Positions 59,479 to 64,000 of a stretch of DNA of 64,000 bases are shown piece by piece. Source of the stretch: an uncultured Methanomassiliicoccales archaeon (GTDB taxonomy: Archaea; Thermoplasmatota; Thermoplasmata; Methanomassiliicoccales; UBA472); contig OY968769.1 in NCBI GenBank assembly GCA_963695345.1, positions 832,001 through 896,000 on the forward strand, given 5' to 3'. The notes below the pieces were generated by a model. It had not been told where the DNA came from. It did no database searches and worked only from the letters and a program-made list of their open reading frames with translations. How positions within the stretch are numbered: the stretch's first letter is position 1; the number at the start of each line of letters is the position of its first letter. The translations under genes were made by a program, and so were the position numbers.

Positions 59479-60039
59479 TCAATCCAGGAAGGTTCCCTTC
59501 TGCTCGGCGGTTATCTTCCTGTTAAGCTTCAGCATGCCATCGATCAAGGCCTCGGGCCTGGGCGGGCAGCCCGGGATATAGATGTCGACCGGAACTATGG
59601 TGTCCAGCCCCTGAATGACATTGTATCCGTCATACCACGGACCGCCGGATATGGCGCACTCCCCCATGGCCACGACCCATTTCGGCTCAGGCATCTGTTC
59701 ATATAGCCTCCTCAGGGAAGGCCTCAGCTTGGCCGAGAGCCAACCCATGATGAGCAGGACGTCAGCCTGTCTTGGGGAGGAACGAGGGATCATGCCCAGC
59801 CGTTCCATGTCCCACCTGGGACCGTATGCCGCCGCGAATTCCAGCGAGCAACAGGCAATACCGAACTCCAGCGGATAAATCGCATTTCTCTGCCCCCACG
59901 ACCATATGGGAGCGGTGACCTTATCGACCGCCTGCTTGACGCCGGTGGACTTCATCGTCTCAACCATGAATTGGCTGGACCATTTCTGGAAGTCCTTGAC
60001 GGTCATGGTTATTACTTGGGGCGAATTACTTAGATCCAA
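59479..60039 (-). CDS. fpoB: Fpo/Nuo subunit B
   Basis: GIACCSLE, SPRQAD, MPEPKWVVAMGECA, DIYIPGCPPRPE; TTG start after aaggagg. Confidence 0.93.
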   Translation of the reverse strand: MDLSNSPQVITMTVKDFQKWSSQFMVETMKSTGVKQAVDKVTAPIWSWGQRNAIYPLEFGIACCSLEFAAAYGPRWDMERLGMIPRSSPRQADVLLIMGWLSAKLRPSLRRLYEQMPEPKWVVAMGECAISGGPWYDGYNVIQGLDTIVPVDIYIPGCPPRPEALIDGMLKLNRKITAEQKGTFLD

Positions 60040-60408
60040 AGTATGGCCTCCTTCTTTAATGCGTAGTAGACCCCGACCAACCCGATAACAATGAAAACGA
60101 ACGCAGCCAACGCAGCCTGACCGAGCAGGTCCAGGGAAGAGAGTAGTGTTAGAATATGTCAAAGCCCAAACGAGCATGAAAACCGTAACGATATCGAAAA
60201 GGACGAAGACGAGGGCATAGATGTAGAATTGCACGTGGAATTGAATTTGTGCTTGCCCGATGGGCTCCATTCCGCACTCGTAGGTTGTATCCCTTAGGGT
60301 GCTATACTTTGTCGGTCTAAAGAACTTAGCCGTAACAAAGGCCAGTACCGGGAACATGATCGCCACCAGTACAAACACAGCAATTGGATAATATTGGTCT
60401 ACGAGCAT
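60030..60408 (-). CDS. fpoA: Fpo/Nuo subunit A; frameshift near 60120 joins it artificially to B in the ORF track
   Basis: YECG..P, QFY..AL.FV.FD; alternative frame ends VYYALKKEAILWI* at 60030. Confidence 0.88.
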
Positions 60409-60704
60409 TGAGAGGGGAATATTCTCCCCGTATTTAAACGTTTGATAGATATGCTGGCTACCCTTTGAAATGCCCTAATTGTGAGTCTTATTTGACTCAG
60501 TAAGGAACGACTGACCAGAGAGCGGGAACATAGCCGAGGAATCGTTATTTCAAGGTTGGCCCGTGAGTGTCGGATGTTGATAACTAGGAACCGGTCGTCA
60601 ACCCTTGTTTTTTGGAACAAGAATGCCTAGAATCGGGTACGGACTCCCACTTGTTCCGGCAACATTAAAGAACTCGGTGACCGAATTATTCATGGGTTGA
60701 TAAA

Positions 60705-61220
60705 ATGGTCGAGAAGGTGGCGGTTTTGGTCGAGGACATGTACGAGGACCTGGAACTTTGGTATCCATTGATCCGTTTGAAGGAGGCGGGATACAATCCT
60801 ATCATCATCGGCAGCGGTACCAAGGACACCTACCTGAGCAAACACGGCTACCCGGCCCGGTCGGGTCTGGTCGCGGACAAGGCCAATGCCGATGAATTTG
60901 TGGCGGTCATCATACCCGGAGGCTTTGCCCCGGATCACATGCGGAGACATCCGCCGATGGTCGATTTCGTCAAGAAGATGTATTCGAAACAGAAACTCGT
61001 GGCCTCGATCTGCCATGCCGGTTCCTTGCTCGTGTCGGCGAACGTCCTCAAGGGAAAGAAGGCGACCTCATTCTATTCGATCAAGGACGACATGATCAAC
61101 GCCGGGGTGCGCTGGTTCGACGAGGAGGTGGTCGTGGATGGGAACCTGATAACCTCCAGATCCCCGGAGGACCTGCCGGCGTTCATGAAGGCCATATTGC
61201 AGTACCTGGAAGGGCGCTGA
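60705..61220 (+). CDS. pfpI: PfpI-type (C56) intracellular protease / glyoxalase
   Basis: EDLELWYP, PGGFAPD, ICHA, VVDGNLITSR.P.DL. Confidence 0.9.
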   Translation: MVEKVAVLVEDMYEDLELWYPLIRLKEAGYNPIIIGSGTKDTYLSKHGYPARSGLVADKANADEFVAVIIPGGFAPDHMRRHPPMVDFVKKMYSKQKLVASICHAGSLLVSANVLKGKKATSFYSIKDDMINAGVRWFDEEVVVDGNLITSRSPEDLPAFMKAILQYLEGR

Positions 61221-61334
61221 GCCCGGACCGCATCCTATCCCCCAGGTGGCCAGATGGGCCACGACGCTCTTTTTATATCATCGAGTTCATAACGCCATCG
61301 CACTGACGGTAACGTCAAAGGAGAGTTGATTCAG

Positions 61335-62138
61335 ATGAAGATTGGATTCGTCGGGGCTGGCATGATGGCCGAAGCCCTCATGAAGGGGATCATCGCAGCG
61401 GGGGTTTCGACCCCGGAGGACATAGTCGCGAGCGAAATAGTTCCGGCTCGCAGGGATTACATCACCAAGACACTGAAGGTCCGCACCACGGTGGACAATC
61501 TCGATGTTGCTAGATCATCAGATGTCATCCTCCTGGCGGTCAAGCCCCAACAGATGGGGTCGGTCCTGGAAGAGCTGAACCAGGTCCTGACGAACGAGCA
61601 TCTGATCGTATCGATCGCCGCCGGCATCAAGATCGACTTCATAGAGAAACACCTTAATCCAGGAGTGCGCGTCGTCAGGGTGATGCCGAACCAGCCATGC
61701 CAGGTCGGGGCATCCGCCTCCGCGTTCGCGCTGGGCCAGAGCGCCAAGGCCGATGACAAAGAAACCGTACAGAAGATACTGAACTCGGTGGGCATCGCAT
61801 TCCCGATGGAAGAGAAGTACCTGGATGCCGTTACCGGGCTGAGCGGTTCCGGACCGGCCTATATCTATATGATAATCGAGGCGATGGCCGACGGCGGAGT
61901 GCTGGCAGGCTTGCCCCGGGATGTGGCGATCGGACTGGCAGCCCAGACGGTACTGGGCGCGGCCAAGACCGTCCTGGAGACGAAGAGGCACCCGGGTGAA
62001 CTGAAGGACATGGTGGCATCCCCGGCAGGAACCACGATCGAGGGAATACGTGTCCTCGAGCAGTACAGCGTCAGGGCGGCGTTCATCGACGCGGTGGAGG
62101 CCGGGGCTTTGAGGTCAGCCGAACTCGGGAACAAGTAA
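61335..62138 (+). CDS. proC: Pyrroline-5-carboxylate reductase
   Basis: [35 protein letters not shown]. Confidence 0.96.
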   Translation: MKIGFVGAGMMAEALMKGIIAAGVSTPEDIVASEIVPARRDYITKTLKVRTTVDNLDVARSSDVILLAVKPQQMGSVLEELNQVLTNEHLIVSIAAGIKIDFIEKHLNPGVRVVRVMPNQPCQVGASASAFALGQSAKADDKETVQKILNSVGIAFPMEEKYLDAVTGLSGSGPAYIYMIIEAMADGGVLAGLPRDVAIGLAAQTVLGAAKTVLETKRHPGELKDMVASPAGTTIEGIRVLEQYSVRAAFIDAVEAGALRSAELGNK

Positions 62139-62357
62139 ATCGGAGCGCCCTGCTCCTTCTTTTCAATTTCTTCGTATATTTATTTTGAGAACAATATTAT
62201 GTCCAGTATGGCTGAATATCGTTATCGAGGTTATCAACGCTGATAATCATACCGAAGTGAATTATCTAGTCGAGGACCGTCACGAGGTAATTCGGCGGCT
62301 ATCGACCAAGCCTATGCAAAACGGGTCCTTCTTGGACGCCCGCCACATTCAGAGGCC

Positions 62358-62993
62358 ATGATGATGAGATCGGGAAAGGGTTGGAAACTCAACAAAAAGG
62401 CGGAGATGGGTGTCGGAGAGATACTCGTTTTCACCGCCACGATCCTCGTTCTCGTTATAGCTTCCTCGGTCCTTATGACATCGGCGAACAAGGTATCCGA
62501 ACAGTCTCAAAGTACCCGCGATACAGCCTTCGGCAATATCGCTTCCGGGTTCACTGTGCAAGATATCACGGGCCATGTCCTCGCTGACGGATCGGCGATC
62601 CACACGCTTTTCATTCAGGTCAAGCTGCAGGCGGGATCGCCATCGGTCAATCTGGACAGGATCACCATCCAATTCATCGGTAACTCCTCCCAGTACATGA
62701 TGCAGATATCAAATTCGACGAACAGTTCCGGTCATGGAATTATGACAAGTTCCACCTTCTCCGCCTACCAGGTCCTGGCACAGACCACCGGCGGGTCGAC
62801 CTGGACGGCCGGTCATTACGTGGTCCAGCAAGGTGACATGATCATGATCTCGATAAGCAACGATGCAGGTAATCTGAACCTTAAACCATCACAACCCGCC
62901 ACCATCAAGATCATACCTGCCTACGGTTCTTCGACCACCGTTAATTTCGTGACCCCGTCCCTCTTCAAATCGGACTACGTCAATCTGAAATAG
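62358..62993 (+). CDS. Archaellin (FlaB/ArlB)-like protein, isolated
   Basis: Basic class III leader KKAE followed by MGVGEILVF..ILV hydrophobic helix; KLQAGS..VNL, GD, IIP..G..T..F.TP archaellin pattern. Confidence 0.78.
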   Translation: MMMRSGKGWKLNKKAEMGVGEILVFTATILVLVIASSVLMTSANKVSEQSQSTRDTAFGNIASGFTVQDITGHVLADGSAIHTLFIQVKLQAGSPSVNLDRITIQFIGNSSQYMMQISNSTNSSGHGIMTSSTFSAYQVLAQTTGGSTWTAGHYVVQQGDMIMISISNDAGNLNLKPSQPATIKIIPAYGSSTTVNFVTPSLFKSDYVNLK

Positions 62994-63036
62994 CCGACAG
63001 TAGCCATCGATATCAGAGAAAGGTAATGTCGTTCCC

Positions 63037-63504
63037 TCATGTCCTGGCCCTCGTCGTCCGCAATTTGGATCCGCATACCGGGCAGTCTGGCATGTCCTTG
63101 TCGAAGACCTTGCCGCAGCCCAGGCATTTGTAGTTCCATTTGACGAGCTGCCTGATCGCTTTCATCCCGACGGCCTTGTACTTCAGGCCGAGTGACCTCG
63201 CGGTGTTCTGGATCGAGTAGTCATCGGTGAGGATGGTCGCTTCCAGGTCCTTCGCCAGGGCGAGGAGGTCAATATCGACCGGGGAAAGTCTCTTCGAATC
63301 GCCCGTGGACTGGGACGCCTGGACGATGGCCTTCCTAGACTTTGGGGACGGGTCCATGACCGTCACCTGGTGCTCCCAGAACATCCAACGCGTATCGTTG
63401 TACTTCTTCAGCTCCTCGACGACGCCTGGGGTGGTATAAGCCTTATACTCCCCGGGTACGGACTCCATCGAGAAGAGGGCGGATGTATCCAGAACGACGA
63501 TCAC
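63037..63504 (-). CDS. nob1: Nob1-type PIN/zinc-ribbon rRNA maturation endonuclease
   Basis: VLDTSA, LSPVD, TDDYSIQN, C.GC..CPVCG. Confidence 0.92.
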   Translation of the reverse strand: MIVVLDTSALFSMESVPGEYKAYTTPGVVEELKKYNDTRWMFWEHQVTVMDPSPKSRKAIVQASQSTGDSKRLSPVDIDLLALAKDLEATILTDDYSIQNTARSLGLKYKAVGMKAIRQLVKWNYKCLGCGKVFDKDMPDCPVCGSKLRTTRART

Positions 63505-63584
63505 GTCCCACTCAATGCCTTCGCATCGGTAATACCTTTTCCAAACAATCTTAAATACCGATTCTCCTTTTTTGGCGTTCGGAC

Positions 63585-63848
63585 ATGATCGAGGTACAAG
63601 TGGACCAAGCGGTCAAGGATTACATTCAGAAGACAGGAAGGGATTTCCGCGTGAGCACGACCTGCTCTGGTCCGGTCATCATGCCGATCGAGGTCAAGCC
63701 GGCGAAGGACAATGACATCAAGGTCAAGATAGGGAAGAACACGCTCTTCATTTCCCGGGTCCAGGCAAGGTATATCGACCGGATTACGATGGAAATGATG
63801 TATGACGCCGATGTAGGGCTCAATTGCTCTCTTTATCCAGGTCTTTGA
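63585..63848 (+). CDS. Small conserved hypothetical protein (possible HesB-like fold)
   Basis: DFRVSTTCSGPV..P..KP.K..D pattern; TATA-like cttaaata about 30 nt upstream. Confidence 0.6.
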   Translation: MIEVQVDQAVKDYIQKTGRDFRVSTTCSGPVIMPIEVKPAKDNDIKVKIGKNTLFISRVQARYIDRITMEMMYDADVGLNCSLYPGL

Positions 63849-64000
63849 GCGATCTGATGTTGTCCAGGGCAAATTGAAGCTGCTCTGCCACATCGATCTT
63901 CACTTCCTCTTCCATGATCCTTTCGGGCCGGGCCATGGTGATCGGCCTTTCCGGGACGATGGTGCACGCCGGTGCCTTCCCGTGGGATATGGAGATCTCA
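63820..64000 (-). CDS. 3' end of a probable tRNA sulfurtransferase ThiI (truncated by window edge; absent from ORF track)
   Basis: Translates EISISHGKAPACTIVPERPITMARPERIMEEE...ESN*, resembling the ThiI C-terminal EISI..C...P..P.T segment. Confidence 0.5.
   Translation of the reverse strand, partial: EISISHGKAPACTIVPERPITMARPERIMEEEVKIDVAEQLQFALDNIRSLKDLDKESN

Noticed and set aside
57905-60039. Group 4 [NiFe] hydrogenase (Ech/Mbh)
   Set aside because: The large subunit lacks two of the four Ni ligands, and the operon has the full A/J/K/L/M/N complex I set.
59479-60408. Apparent FpoA-FpoB fusion ORF (309 aa)
   Set aside because: A normal FpoA C-terminus with stop at 60030 exists in another frame, and FpoB has its own RBS and TTG start; the join is a frameshift artefact.
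1-64000. Many long antisense/overlapping ORFs (e.g. 10208-11686 -, 22673-23797 +, 47661-48608 +)
   Set aside because: Shadow frames typical of high-GC coding DNA, lying opposite well-supported genes and lacking motifs.
1-64000. CRISPR arrays, tRNA/rRNA genes, transposases or prophage genes
   Set aside because: No regularly spaced repeats, tRNA cloverleafs, rRNA signatures or mobility motifs were recognised by eye.

Overview
Chromosomal segment of a GC-rich archaeon, most consistent with Thermoplasmatota/Methanomassiliicoccales. The lineage is inferred from Nob1, an archaellin, a geranylgeranyl reductase, archaeal KptA, a methanogenesis-marker-11-like gene and a 'headless' Fpo/complex I operon with split J subunit. 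The main signal is a nearly complete BACTERIAL-type, tetrahydrofolate-based Wood-Ljungdahl pathway spread over about 33 kb: cooS, acsB, acsD, acsC, cooC/acsF, RACo/acsV, acsE, metV-metF, fhs and folD. No formate dehydrogenase lies in the window. metVF is co-transcribed with two HdrA paralogues (QmoA/QmoB-like, one degenerate) and mvhD. cooS and acsB are probably one fused gene, and a folate-independent core methionine synthase is co-transcribed with cooC. Also present: a transcarboxylase-like CT/5S/biotin-carrier trio, two Kelch-propeller coiled-coil surface proteins, a molybdopterin oxidoreductase fused to a cytochrome b561-like domain, an isoprenoid/B12-radical-SAM cluster next to the Fpo operon, and a strongly structured ~250-nt intergenic element. 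Many genes carry single-base frameshifts, mostly insertions, that look like long-read errors, so coordinates of those genes are reconstructed by hand. No rRNA, tRNA, CRISPR array or transposase was recognised. All family calls come from motif recognition by eye, not from database searches.
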